Below are positions 40,373 through 50,900 of a stretch of 64,000 bases of DNA, piece after piece. Origin of the DNA: an uncultured bacterium (GTDB lineage Bacteria; Actinomycetota; Acidimicrobiia; Spongiisociales; UBA5794); assembly GCA_963801165.1 (NCBI GenBank), contig CAWDDT010000004.1, positions 672,001 to 736,000 on the forward strand. Reading direction: 5' to 3'. A program made the translations under genes and the position numbers. The notes under the pieces are model-generated. The model had not been told where the DNA came from. It worked only from the letters and a program-made list of their open reading frames with translations, and searched no databases. How positions within the stretch are numbered: position 1 is the stretch's first letter; each line of letters starts with the position of its first letter.

Positions 40373-43018
40373 ATGACTCTTGGTGGCGTCAATGTGCGCC
40401 GGACTCTTCAGTTGCTCTTGGCTGTGGTGCTTCTTTTCGGAGCAACCTCAGTGATTGCATCTCAGAGCGCGGAAGCCGCCTACCCGGGCGGTAACAATTG
40501 GATAGTTTTTGTAGACAACACTGGTACCACGAACGATATCTGGGTGATCGGTGCGGACGGCTCCGACCTGACTCAGCTGACGACTGACGTGCTGGCCAGA
40601 ATCAGGCCGACCCGGTGTTCTCGGCCGACGGCAGCCAGATCGCATACACCCTCGATCCCGGAACGGCGCCTCGGCCGATCTACATCGCCGACTTTCTCAA
40701 CGGTGACACCGCGTCACCGTCGTTCGGCACGGCGACCCAGGTGTCGGCAGGTCCGATCGATGGGTCGCCGACGTGGTCACCCGATGGCGGCTAGTCGCCT
40801 ATCAGCGCCGGAGCTCGAGTCGCACGGGCACGGCGACTGCCGACCCGACGCCGGTGGCGTGACTCTCACCGACTCGCGCCGGGCTTCGTTCACGACGAGC
40901 GACGGGTTGCGGTTGGCGACCTCGTGACAAACACCACCGACAGCTCGTCAGGGACGGTTGTGTCTGTTGATAGCGCTACGCAACATCACGATGACTGCAG
41001 TTGATGAGCCGGTGTGACCAGCAGCCGACGAACGTGGACCACTGGCGATGCATACACCATCCGGCAGCAACAATCGCCAGATCTTCAAGTCGCCGACGAC
41101 CGGTTCCGATCTGACCGGCACGTTGCTGAGCCAGCCGAACTCGGATCTCTCCTATACCGATGAGCAGCCGGCGTGGTCGCCCGATGGCACCAAGATCGCG
41201 TTCATCTCGACCGCAGGACGGCAGAACTCCGACATCCTCACGATGAACGCGACCAATGGCATCGAGCCGGAGCAACCTGACCGACAGCTGGGACCCAGGA
41301 CGCAGTGGCCAGTAACCCGGCATGGTCGCCGGATGGTGCCCGCATTGCGTTCCAGACCGCCGAGGAGGTGGGCCAGCCGTCAGCAGCCAGCGATCGAACA
41401 TCTGGACGATCACCGCCGCCGGTGCCAGACGAGCAAATGATCATCAGCAGCGCCGACAACGAGGTCGAGCCGGCATGGTCGCCCGACGGGACGTTGATCG
41501 CCTTCCGCAATGTCCGACACCGGCGGTGACAAGCTCTACGCAATCGCATCCGACGGCTCCGAGCTCGGCGGCCCGCATCGGCAGTGCTGTCCGTTCCAGC
41601 GACGAATAACGCTCCAGACTGGCAGCCGGTGCTCAAGGGCGTAGCCGATACGGCCACGGTCGCCGAGCACGGTTCGATCAACATTGACGTTCTCGCCAAC
41701 GACCTGACCCTCGCCGATGCGTGTGGGAACCCCCACCACATCATCAACGCTGGTCGTGTCACCAACCAAGGGCCTCACCGTCCGGCAGGGTGACGGGTCA
41801 TTCACGTATACCCACACAGGTGCGGAGATCGGCACCTCGTCGACGACGGACACCTTCACGTACACGGTGACCCAGGGCTCGTCGTCATCGACCGCGGTGG
41901 TCACGGTCACCATCAACCCGGTGGACGACGACCCGGTTGCAGTTGCGGACTCGTACAACGTTGGGCACGGAGCCACGCTCGTCGTGTCTTCGGCGGATGG
42001 AGTGCTGGGCAACGACAGCGACCCTGAGGGGCTCGCCATCACCGCCCAACTCGGCACAGATGTCACCAAGGGCACCCTGACTCTGAACGCCAACGGATCG
42101 TTCACCTATACAAACGATGGCTCGGTGTCAGGGGCGACGACGGACTCGTTCACGTACATGGCCAAGGACCCGGGTGGCAACACGTCGAGCCCGGCCACCG
42201 TCACGCTCAACGTGGCGGACGAGAACGCGGCTCCGCCGGTGGTGACTGTTGCTGGACCGGAGTTCGGGGCTACCGGGGTGAAGGCGTCGTTTGGGTCGAC
42301 CGTTACCGATGGTGCGGGAGCGAAGACGTACGCCTGGTCGGTGAAGCTCGGGAGCTCCCAGGTTGCGACGGGAACGGCGGCGACGCTCGACTTCACGCCG
42401 AGCGCCACCGGGGCATACACCGTCTCGCTCACCGTTACCGACGACGCGGGCACCGATACCGACACGGTCGACTTCACGGTGATGACCGACATCAACTCGA
42501 GCATCTTTGTCAACGACATCGTGTGGCTGGCCAACGAGGGGATCACCAAGGGTTGTAACCCTCCGACGAATGATCAGTACTGCCCGAACGACAACGTGAC
42601 TCGTGGTCAGATGGCGGCGTTCCTGGTCCGGTTCCTCGGTCTGACCGATGACGGCGGCGGGAACCTGTTCACCGACGACAACGGTTCGGTGTTCGAGCAC
42701 AACATCGACATCCTGGCGACGGCGGGGATCACAAAGGGTTGTAACCCTCCTGCCAATGATCAGTATTGCCCGAACGACAACGTGACTCGTGGTCAGATGG
42801 CGGCGTTCCTGGTACGGGCGCTCGGTCTGACCGATGACGGCGGTGGCAACCTGTTCACCGATGACAACGGCTTGGTGTTCGAGCACAACATCGACATCCT
42901 GGCGACGGCGGGTATCACCAAGGGCTGTAACGCAGCCGGTGACCAGTTCTGCCCGAACGACTTCGTCACCCGCGGTCAGATGGCAGCGTTCCTCCACAGG
43001 GCTGCTGGCCTGAAGTAG
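40373..43018 (+). pseudogene. Tandem paralog: TolB-like propeller, Ig-like repeats, PKD-like domain and three SLH-like repeats, broken by many indels in ~40.6-41.7 kb (probably sequencing errors)
   Basis: Signal peptide nearly identical to the 38180 gene; WSPDG repeats scattered over several frames; intact 3' ORF 41717-43018. Confidence 0.7.
42518..42997 (+). repeat. Second copy of the SLH-coding block
   Basis: Matches 39701-40181. Confidence 0.9.
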
Positions 43019-43042
43019 GTGGCCTCCAGGTGAGGTCGAAAG

Positions 43043-43072
43043 GGGTGGGCTCCGGTTTACCGGAGCCCACCC
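43043..43072 (+). terminator. Strong hairpin after the SLH gene array
   Basis: GGGTGGGCTCCGG-ttta-CCGGAGCCCACCC perfect 13-bp stem. Confidence 0.7.
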
Positions 43073-43097
43073 TCAAATCGGGGGAGATGAGGGAGAT

Positions 43098-44045
43098 ATG
43101 AGATTGCTCGTGACCGGTGGAGCCGGTTTCATCGGCTCGCACTTGACGAGAGCGCTTCTCGCAGAAGGGCACAGCGTTCGGATCGTGGACGATCTGTCCA
43201 CGGGCTCTGAACAGAACCTCGCCGCGATTCGCGACGACATCGAGTTCCTCGGCGCCGACCTGCGTGATGCGGAGGCGATGCTGACGGTTACGGCGGGGAT
43301 GGACGCTGTGTTCCACCTGGCTGCCATGGGAAGCGTTCCCCGGTCGATAAAGGATCCTCGAACGACCTTCGACATCAACGTCACGGGCACCCTCAATGTG
43401 CTCGAGGGGGTGCGGCGGAACGACGTAGGAACGATAATCTACGCGTCCTCGTCGAGCATCTACGGCGACTCTGAAGCCGAGTTCAAGGCCGAGGACCAGC
43501 CCTTCAACCCCATCTCGCCATATGGTGCGTCCAAGGCGTCGGCCGAGCTGAATGTGCTCGCCTTCGGCCGGGCGTTCGGGTTCAACGCTCTGGCACTTCG
43601 CTACTTCAACGTGTTCGGGCCCCGCCAGAACCCGGGGGGCGCCTACGCCGCGGTGATCCCGGTATTCATCACCCACGCCCTCAGCAGGGAGCCGTGGACG
43701 ATCAACGGCGACGGTCGGCACTCGCGGGACTTCACCTACGTCGCCAATGTGGTCGACGGAAACCTCAAGGCTCTGGCTCGGGCGCCGGAACTCGAACCGG
43801 TAGCGATGAACGTTGCCTGCGGGGGGTCGATCAGCCTACTCGAGCTGAGTGACGCCATAAGGGAGTTTGCCGGTGCCGGTGACGTGTCACCCGTCCACGG
43901 TCCGCAGCGTCCGGGCGACATCGTACGTTCCCGGGCGGCAATCGACCTTGCTCGAAGAAGCCTGGGTTACGACGTGATCGTCGACTGGAAGGAAGGCTTG
44001 CGGGAGACGGTCGAGTGGTACCGCAGCGGCGCCGGAGAGGCTTGA
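43098..44045 (+). CDS. NAD-dependent UDP-sugar 4-epimerase (WbpP/TviC-like)
   Basis: TGGAGFIG, HLAAMGSVPRSI, ASSSSIYG, SPYGASK and RYFNVFGPRQNP..AYAAVIP. Confidence 0.88.
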   Translation: MRLLVTGGAGFIGSHLTRALLAEGHSVRIVDDLSTGSEQNLAAIRDDIEFLGADLRDAEAMLTVTAGMDAVFHLAAMGSVPRSIKDPRTTFDINVTGTLNVLEGVRRNDVGTIIYASSSSIYGDSEAEFKAEDQPFNPISPYGASKASAELNVLAFGRAFGFNALALRYFNVFGPRQNPGGAYAAVIPVFITHALSREPWTINGDGRHSRDFTYVANVVDGNLKALARAPELEPVAMNVACGGSISLLELSDAIREFAGAGDVSPVHGPQRPGDIVRSRAAIDLARRSLGYDVIVDWKEGLRETVEWYRSGAGEA

Positions 44046-44077
44046 GCCCTGGCACCGACGGCAGTTGACTCTGCGCC

Positions 44078-45058
44078 TCACGCGGTTCGGGTGCGAGCCC
44101 GGCGCGCCTCAGGAGAGAGCCGCTGTCTCCACGCCCTTCCTACCACGTAGATCGGCCTCGCCGTGCCTGCCAGGATCAGGTTCAGCACGGTTCCCGCCTT
44201 GTGATGCTCGGCGAAGCTGAGCCCGGCCTTGCGGTAGTAGAACTGGGCGAAGTCGTCCCGCCGAATGTCGAGACGCTTCCACCACGGCAGCAGGCGCTCC
44301 CGGGCCACGTGCTCATCGCGGGTGGGGAGGCGCTGACCCGCACGCCGCGCCGCTCGCCGTGCTTCCAGGAAGCGGTGGGTCATCCTGCCCTCGCGGAATC
44401 TGAGCATGACGTTGCTCGTCCCGTAGATTCTGTACAACACCAGCGGTTCGGTGATGGCGACAACCGGTCCCAGCTCGGACATCCGATCGCAGAATTCGAT
44501 ATCGGCGGCAGCGCGGAGGGTCGAGTCGAAACCGCCGACTGCCTCGAAGTGTCGCTTTTCGAACATTGCCGTGCCGCCAAACACCATTGTCGGCTCACCG
44601 CGACGGCTCAGATCCTCGAACTCGGCCACCGACGCCGGTCCCGTCTTGGACAGGCTCAGGATCTCGTCGCTTTCGTTGATATGCGATACGTATGAGCCGA
44701 CGACGACGATCTCGGGTTCGTCGTGGAGCAGTTTGAGCTGACGCTCGAGACGGTATAGGACCGACATGTCGTCAGAGTCCATTGCTGCGATCACTTGTGC
44801 CGACGCCATCGCCACCGCACGGTTGATTGTTGTTGCCGACCCGGAGTTCTCCTCATTGCGGAATACCTTGACTCGAGGGTCGCGGGTGGCGTATTCGTTG
44901 ATGATTTCCCAGGTGCCGTCGGTGGAGTGGTCGTCGCCGATAACAAGCTCCAGGTCGGCGAGCGTCTGGTTGAGGATGCTCTCGATCGCCCGTTCGATGT
45001 ACGCCTTGGAGTTGTATGCAGGCATGACCACACTGACGGCGGGCGGGGGGCTACTCAC
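44078..45058 (-). CDS. GT2 family glycosyltransferase
   Basis: VSVVMPAYN, SILNQT, DDHSTDGT and MDSDD; GTGA overlap with the flippase stop sets the start. Confidence 0.9.
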   Translation of the reverse strand: MSSPPPAVSVVMPAYNSKAYIERAIESILNQTLADLELVIGDDHSTDGTWEIINEYATRDPRVKVFRNEENSGSATTINRAVAMASAQVIAAMDSDDMSVLYRLERQLKLLHDEPEIVVVGSYVSHINESDEILSLSKTGPASVAEFEDLSRRGEPTMVFGGTAMFEKRHFEAVGGFDSTLRAAADIEFCDRMSELGPVVAITEPLVLYRIYGTSNVMLRFREGRMTHRFLEARRAARRAGQRLPTRDEHVARERLLPWWKRLDIRRDDFAQFYYRKAGLSFAEHHKAGTVLNLILAGTARPIYVVGRAWRQRLSPEARRARTRTA

Positions 45059-46362
45059 GATGATCGCAATCTTGGGTCGGGGCGGGGTTCTGTAGTGTCG
45101 GGCTCGAGAACTGGGTCGGCACCATAGTGGCGGCGCAGCCACCAGCGCCCCCCGATGACCCGTATTGAGCCTTCGACGATGTAACCGAGCGGTCGAGCAA
45201 GCGCACCGGTGGACCCTGCTGTGAGGGCAGCGAGGGGGAGAGCAGGTGTCGCCAGGACGGAGATGATCGCAAGTGCCCGGGCATGACCGGCCCCGAGCAG
45301 CTCTCGCCCGTAGATCAGGAACACGGAGGCGAGCATGTTGGCGAGGACCGTGGCCAGTACGAGACCCGTGACTGCGTAGGCGGCGGGAACGAGCCACTCC
45401 ATCGGGTTGAGCTTCCACTCGAAACCGACGATGGCGGCGTACGCACCTGTTGCTATCACCATGAGTCCGATGAACGATCGCCGGTTTCTGGCACCGCTCA
45501 TCGAATCGCGCCGGGAACCAGCTCGGACGGCACGTGGGCCGAGCACCGCCATCAGCCCCACCGAGAGGACCGTCACCGGTTGAGCCACCTGGCGCGCCGC
45601 CTCGGCGTAGCCGTAGGCAGCCGCGCCGGCGAGATGCAGAACGGTGTTGGCAGCCACGAATGCAAACGTTGCGGGGGTAGCCGCGCGGATGACGAGCCAC
45701 TTTCCGGAGACGACGAGATGGCGCAGCGACAGCTCCGGGTATGTCGTTCCGGAGGGACGATGACCACCGGCGAGCACGAACCCGACGGCAATCGAGACGA
45801 TGTTGGCAAAGGCAAGCGACCCGAACGGGATCCAGGCACGCCCAACGTCGGCTGCGAGCATGACCGCGATTCCGGCGGCGACGGCGACTAGCTGCACACT
45901 CGAGACGGCGACGGCGTACTCCGATCTGTCGGCGATGTGCAGAAGCTGGCGCACGTGGTCCTGCATGGGAGAGACAACGATGGTCACGACCGTCGTCGCT
46001 GTCAGCGCGGTTATCACCGAGCTTGCGGCGACGCCTCCAGTCCAGGCGGCGGCGCCGAAAGCGGCGAGGATCCCCACTGCGCCGGGGATGGTCGCCAGTG
46101 CCAGGCTGCGCCGGAGCGTGCCGAGACGCTCGGGCAGGGGGAGGTTCACAGCAACCACCTGAGCGGGAACGAGGATCAACTCGGTCACGATCACCGATCC
46201 GAGGAAGAAGGCGGTGAAGAAGACCCCGTAGACACCGCGGTTTGTGTCGCTCAGAAGCCTGACCCCGGTGAGCCCGGCGCCGAACGTCGCAACCGAGGCG
46301 ATGCCGGCGTCTATCACGCTGGCCGCAAGTTGCCTCTTCGGTGGGCTCCCGGTCTCGGACAT
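45055..46362 (-). CDS. Wzx-like polysaccharide flippase (copy 2)
   Basis: About 12 TM helices; shares DAG.SVATF, QDH.R..LHIADRS, GYAEAAR and ARPL with copy 1. Confidence 0.75.
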   Translation of the reverse strand: MSETGSPPKRQLAASVIDAGIASVATFGAGLTGVRLLSDTNRGVYGVFFTAFFLGSVIVTELILVPAQVVAVNLPLPERLGTLRRSLALATIPGAVGILAAFGAAAWTGGVAASSVITALTATTVVTIVVSPMQDHVRQLLHIADRSEYAVAVSSVQLVAVAAGIAVMLAADVGRAWIPFGSLAFANIVSIAVGFVLAGGHRPSGTTYPELSLRHLVVSGKWLVIRAATPATFAFVAANTVLHLAGAAAYGYAEAARQVAQPVTVLSVGLMAVLGPRAVRAGSRRDSMSGARNRRSFIGLMVIATGAYAAIVGFEWKLNPMEWLVPAAYAVTGLVLATVLANMLASVFLIYGRELLGAGHARALAIISVLATPALPLAALTAGSTGALARPLGYIVEGSIRVIGGRWWLRRHYGADPVLEPDTTEPRPDPRLRSS

Positions 46363-46376
46363 GTGTGACCAGTCTC

Positions 46377-48029
46377 CTAGTAGCGCCGGGCTACGACGTC
46401 GGCCAAACGGAGTGCCCAGGCGACACCGGTCAGGAAGGGATTGGCGTAGCCGCCGACGGGAAACACGGCCGAGTCGGCAATGTACAGATCACGGACGGTG
46501 TGGGCCTGACCATCGATGTCGACGACGCCCGTTTGCGGATCGGCCGACATGCGGGCGGTTCCCATGTGGTGGTGCCCGCCGCGCAAGCTCGATCCCCAAT
46601 CGTTTGACTCGTCGCGGAACGCGGGCTCCGGAACGAGCTTTCCCAGACCCGACCGATCGAGCTGGGCACCGATGATCTCGTGGGCGCGCACGATGGACTC
46701 CTTGTCCGTCCGGGTGAGCCGCCAGTCGAGCTTGATGCGGGGCACCCCGAGCGCATCCCGGTGGGCCGGGTCGATGGTCATCCTGCTCTCAGGGTTCGGA
46801 GCCTGCTCGCTCTGGGTGTACAGGGCGAGCTGGGTGGGTTTGCGCAACGCTTCCTGGTACATGACCTGGATGATCTCAGGTGTTCCCTTGAGGAGCCGCA
46901 TGAGCAGGTTCCCGGAACCCTCGGGCAGTGTCTTGTCACGTACCTGGCGCAGCATCCGCCTTGGCGAGCGCAGATTGTCGACGGCGATCTTGAACGCCTG
47001 GTACGCGTCGGAGTCCTCGCGGCTCACCCCGCTCACCGTCCGCAGATGTGTCGAGAAGTTGAGCAGGTGATCGCTCTCCTGACGCTTCCGGCTGATTACG
47101 TATGCGGCCTTCATCGAACCGGATGGCCGTTGCATGGCGAGCCGGGCGCGAATGCCGCCAAAGCCACGATCGATGGCGGCGAGATATGGGCGAGTTGTGG
47201 GTCCGCCGGGGTGGATGTCGATGCGGGCGGTCACCAGATGCGGATGCTCCATGAAGTATCTGCCGACGACATCGTTCTCATTGGCGAGTCCCGCCGGGTT
47301 GGTCTGGTTTGAGGCGAGCAGCAACCGTGCGGTCTCCAGGGCACCTGCCGCGAGCACAATGGCCCTTGCCTTGACGGTGAACTGGTTGCCGTCGATCGTG
47401 GCGACCTCCACGCCGGTGGCCCGAGCCCCGTCATTGCTTGTGAGGACCGATGTGGCTGTGGCGCCGACGATCGTCCGCACGCGGGGCGACGACTCCAGTT
47501 GCGAGCGGTACGCCGTGCCGAATTTGGTTGGCGGGCTTCCTTGCCACAATGCGATCTCGACATCACCACCGACGAACGGCTTCAGGTAGAGCGGCGGGAG
47601 GGCAATGTCCGGCGTCGGTGTCCATTGCTCGCTCTCGAGCTGGCAGAGACGGGCGGCGTCCTCGAAGTAGGGCTTCATGGTCTCGTGGGAGATCGGCCAG
47701 CCGCTGTGGGGGATCCACGGTCTCCCGTCGAAGTCGATCTCGTCGAGGGGACGGCACCATCCGGCCCACTTGTGGCTCGATCCCCCGAGAGCGCGGCGGC
47801 GGGTTGTGGTCAGGTCGTAATAATCGAGGCCGACGATCTTGCCGGCATTGAGATCCTGGTCCCGTTCTTGTGTGTCGACACCGCCGCTCTCGAGCAGGAC
47901 TATGTCGAGGTGGGATCGCTCGATGAGGTGGAGCGCGACCGAAATCCCCGCCGGACCTCCGCCGACGATGCACACGTCAGCCTCGAGCTCCGTCCCCCGG
48001 GGGAAATCAGATGCCTGCTCCAGGGCCAT
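46377..48029 (-). CDS. GMC-family FAD oxidoreductase
   Basis: VGGGPAG, LGGSS..WAG, GRYFMEH, EQAPNPESR, HHMGTARM and ANP motif; SD GAGGAG. Confidence 0.9.
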   Translation of the reverse strand: MALEQASDFPRGTELEADVCIVGGGPAGISVALHLIERSHLDIVLLESGGVDTQERDQDLNAGKIVGLDYYDLTTTRRRALGGSSHKWAGWCRPLDEIDFDGRPWIPHSGWPISHETMKPYFEDAARLCQLESEQWTPTPDIALPPLYLKPFVGGDVEIALWQGSPPTKFGTAYRSQLESSPRVRTIVGATATSVLTSNDGARATGVEVATIDGNQFTVKARAIVLAAGALETARLLLASNQTNPAGLANENDVVGRYFMEHPHLVTARIDIHPGGPTTRPYLAAIDRGFGGIRARLAMQRPSGSMKAAYVISRKRQESDHLLNFSTHLRTVSGVSREDSDAYQAFKIAVDNLRSPRRMLRQVRDKTLPEGSGNLLMRLLKGTPEIIQVMYQEALRKPTQLALYTQSEQAPNPESRMTIDPAHRDALGVPRIKLDWRLTRTDKESIVRAHEIIGAQLDRSGLGKLVPEPAFRDESNDWGSSLRGGHHHMGTARMSADPQTGVVDIDGQAHTVRDLYIADSAVFPVGGYANPFLTGVAWALRLADVVARRY

Positions 48030-48094
48030 TTCTCTCCTCGTAGTCGCCACCATATAGTCCGCCACCATCCATCGGATGGCCGGGTTGGTCGGCT

Positions 48095-49291
48095 TCAGTT
48101 GTTCTGTGCAGCCCTGATCGCGGCCTGTAATTCGGTGACGGCGCCCGCTCTGTCGAGCAAGGGCCGATCTTCAACAGGTGCCTCGTCCATGTGCAGCTCG
48201 ATCGCTTCGGCCAGGCCCGCTGCCGTGGTGGCCACGTCTGAGGGTGCGACGAGGGCCACCCGGGCATGATTTGTCGTAGCTCTGGCGATTGACCCAGCGC
48301 CACCATGGTCGAGGACGATCACCCGGCGTGCCGCATACATCGCCTCGGCAAGTGCCAGGCCCCCCTCTTCGCGCAACCCTGTGAAGAGCACTGTTGTCGC
48401 TCCTCTCATGAGCCGTACCGCCTCTTCCCTGGGAACGAGACCGGTGAAGGTGACCCGATCGGCGATGCCGAGCCCATGGGCCGCACGCTCCAAGGCGCCA
48501 CGCTGGGGTCCGTCGCCGACCATTTTCAGCTGAATGTCGGAGCGGGCCCTGGCCATGGCCTCGAGCGCAAGCCGCGGTCCCTTGCGAGACTGCATCGGGG
48601 AAACCCACAAGACGTACCGGCCGTCGGCCTCGGGGGCGAATTCGGGGATGATGCTGAACAGGGCGTGGTTGAGTATTCTCGACCTTCCCCTGGCGGCGGC
48701 CGGCAGCATTTCCCGCGTTGCCTCGTTTTGGAAGATCCGCTCCGTGGCGGCGAGCGCAGTCCGCTTGGACGAGGGCAGAGCGGCCATGAGACGTACTGAG
48801 GCATGATCGAGCAACTCCTGGATCGTGCCGGCGATACCGAGCAGCTTGCGCAACGGCTTCGGCGTGGTGACCGCACCGCCTACCGGGCCCCACACGCTGG
48901 GCAAACCGAGGTCAACGGCGGGTGATGGAAGCCAGAAGACCGAGAAGGTGGCATGCATCGCCACGTCGAAGTCCCGCCCGGCCAAGAGCTCCTGTGCCGT
49001 CCGGCGCGCCCTTCGCAACCAGGTCATGTAGTAGACGAACTCGGGTATCCGGTGCCACCGGGTCCAGGGCCCGACAACGCGGTCCGAGACTTCGACAAAC
49101 CGGGTGGCCGCGTCGGGATGCTTGCTCTCCCAATCCCGGATCTCGTCGATATAGCGGCTCCCGGTGATGACCGTGACGTTGGCGAACGTGCCGAGCGCTG
49201 TGATGAGCCCCCAACCGGCACCGGGCTCGGTACCCATGGTCGGCGAGCAGACGTACGCAATGACCAGTACCGACGGTCGATCGTCAGCCAT
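48095..49291 (-). CDS. GT4 family glycosyltransferase
   Basis: AYVCSP..GTEPGAGW N-terminus; RKG, VGDGP and EX7E motif EGGLALAE. Confidence 0.85.
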   Translation of the reverse strand: MADDRPSVLVIAYVCSPTMGTEPGAGWGLITALGTFANVTVITGSRYIDEIRDWESKHPDAATRFVEVSDRVVGPWTRWHRIPEFVYYMTWLRRARRTAQELLAGRDFDVAMHATFSVFWLPSPAVDLGLPSVWGPVGGAVTTPKPLRKLLGIAGTIQELLDHASVRLMAALPSSKRTALAATERIFQNEATREMLPAAARGRSRILNHALFSIIPEFAPEADGRYVLWVSPMQSRKGPRLALEAMARARSDIQLKMVGDGPQRGALERAAHGLGIADRVTFTGLVPREEAVRLMRGATTVLFTGLREEGGLALAEAMYAARRVIVLDHGGAGSIARATTNHARVALVAPSDVATTAAGLAEAIELHMDEAPVEDRPLLDRAGAVTELQAAIRAAQNN

Positions 49292-50900
49292 TGCCGATCG
49301 TGCTCCCTCGTCCCTGACCGGTTGCCTGCCACCCCGACCAGTCGAGTTCCCGGTCATCCCAGGCGAACGCCTTGTGACCGGCCCCGACAAAGGTGTTGTT
49401 CTCGAAGACGATATTCCGGTCGGTGAAGACCGATGGATCGCCCATGTCCTGAACGACGCCGGTCTGGCCGTACCACATGGTGATGGTGTTGTCATAGACG
49501 TGCAGGTCTTCCAGCCGGTACAGCTCACCATTGTCCTGTCGATCCTGCTGGATCCCGGCGATACCGTCTGCGTTTTCGGTGACCACGTTGTCGTGGACGT
49601 CGACGCCACTCGACGCCGCGACCAGAATCCCGGCTCCCCAGAGCCAATCGCCCATGATGAACCCGTTGTCGTAGACCTCGTTGCCCGCGATCACAGCATC
49701 GAATGAGATCTCGTAGAAGATTCCGGGGCCGTCGTTGCCGTAGACGACATTGTTCTCAAAGGTGGTGTCATGGCAGTCGATGTCGGCCCACAGGCCGGGG
49801 CCCTTGTTGTCGTGTACCTCGAGGTCACGCAGGACCAGGCCGGTGGTAGTGGTGAACTTCGCTCCCGCGGCTTCCCAGCCCCATTCGAACCCCCGCAGGT
49901 TGTTGTGGTCGATCTCTGAGGACTCCACAGTGATCCCGGTGCCATTGCCGGTGATCCCTTCCTGCCCGTTGTGGTGCGAATGCACATTGCGAATCAAGGT
50001 GCCGTCGCCGGCCCTGATACCCGAAGCGTGGTTGAGACGGGTTTCGACGCTTTCGATGAGCCAGTTGGCTCCCCTGGCGCCCAGCCCGGGAAGCTGAGAT
50101 TGGATGGCCCCGCCCTGGGCGATTGTTGCGAACTTCTCGACGACGAGGTTTTCGATCGTGACGTCCGCAGCATCGCTGAGGAAGGCGTGTTCGGTGATGC
50201 TGACTTCGACCTTGCGGCCGGCAGGGTCGTCGCCCATCACGATCTGATGCCCGTCCGACCACCATGTACCGGATGCCACCTGCTCGCGGCTATCGACCCG
50301 CCACAGCATCTGGTCGTCTACGAACAGATCGTTGACCAGCGCACAGGCCTCGTAGCCTGCGACGCATTCCCCGTGTCCGCTGGTGCTCAGGTTGAGACCG
50401 GTCGCCACCCAGCCATCCTCGGCCTGCTGAAAGTCCTGCAGCAGCCGGGACCCGTTGAGGACGGCGCCCGGCATGCCGTCGAAGGTCATCCCGTCTTTCG
50501 GGGTGACCTGCTTGATCCGGTGTACGCCGGGAAGAAGCACGAACCGGGTTCCCGGCGCCGCGTTGGTGACGAGTGCAGCGAGATCGTCCTCCGGGGCAAC
50601 GGCGGTCGCGCCATCGGGAACGGTTCCGGATGTGGTCTCGACCGGTTCAGTGGTGGTCGTAGGTCCCAGCGTGGGCGGGGCGATGGTGGACGGAGGCACG
50701 GAGGTAGTTGGGATCGTTGTTGTCGTGGTTGTCGTGGTCGTCACCACGTCCGTGTTCGTGGTGGTCGTTGTGACCGCTCCTGTCGACGTTACCGAGGTTT
50801 CCGGTGGTGATGATCCGGCGTCACAGGCGGTCACGCTAAGGGCGGCGAGCATCACCAGTGCGGCGCTCAGCATCACAGGTCGGTTGTGTCGTGCCCACAT
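49284..50900 (-). CDS. Lipoprotein with Thr-rich linker and right-handed parallel beta-helix domain
   Basis: Lipobox VTAC, poly-Thr linker and N/G-rich helix repeats (HDNKGPGLWAD, GIFYEIS). Confidence 0.82.
   Translation of the reverse strand: MWARHNRPVMLSAALVMLAALSVTACDAGSSPPETSVTSTGAVTTTTTNTDVVTTTTTTTTTIPTTSVPPSTIAPPTLGPTTTTEPVETTSGTVPDGATAVAPEDDLAALVTNAAPGTRFVLLPGVHRIKQVTPKDGMTFDGMPGAVLNGSRLLQDFQQAEDGWVATGLNLSTSGHGECVAGYEACALVNDLFVDDQMLWRVDSREQVASGTWWSDGHQIVMGDDPAGRKVEVSITEHAFLSDAADVTIENLVVEKFATIAQGGAIQSQLPGLGARGANWLIESVETRLNHASGIRAGDGTLIRNVHSHHNGQEGITGNGTGITVESSEIDHNNLRGFEWGWEAAGAKFTTTTGLVLRDLEVHDNKGPGLWADIDCHDTTFENNVVYGNDGPGIFYEISFDAVIAGNEVYDNGFIMGDWLWGAGILVAASSGVDVHDNVVTENADGIAGIQQDRQDNGELYRLEDLHVYDNTITMWYGQTGVVQDMGDPSVFTDRNIVFENNTFVGAGHKAFAWDDRELDWSGWQATGQGRGSTIGNG

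Noticed and set aside
39701-42997. Diversity-generating retroelement (TR/VR pair)
   Set aside because: No reverse transcriptase is present; the differences are synonymous third-position changes, not adenine-specific, and both copies are coding.
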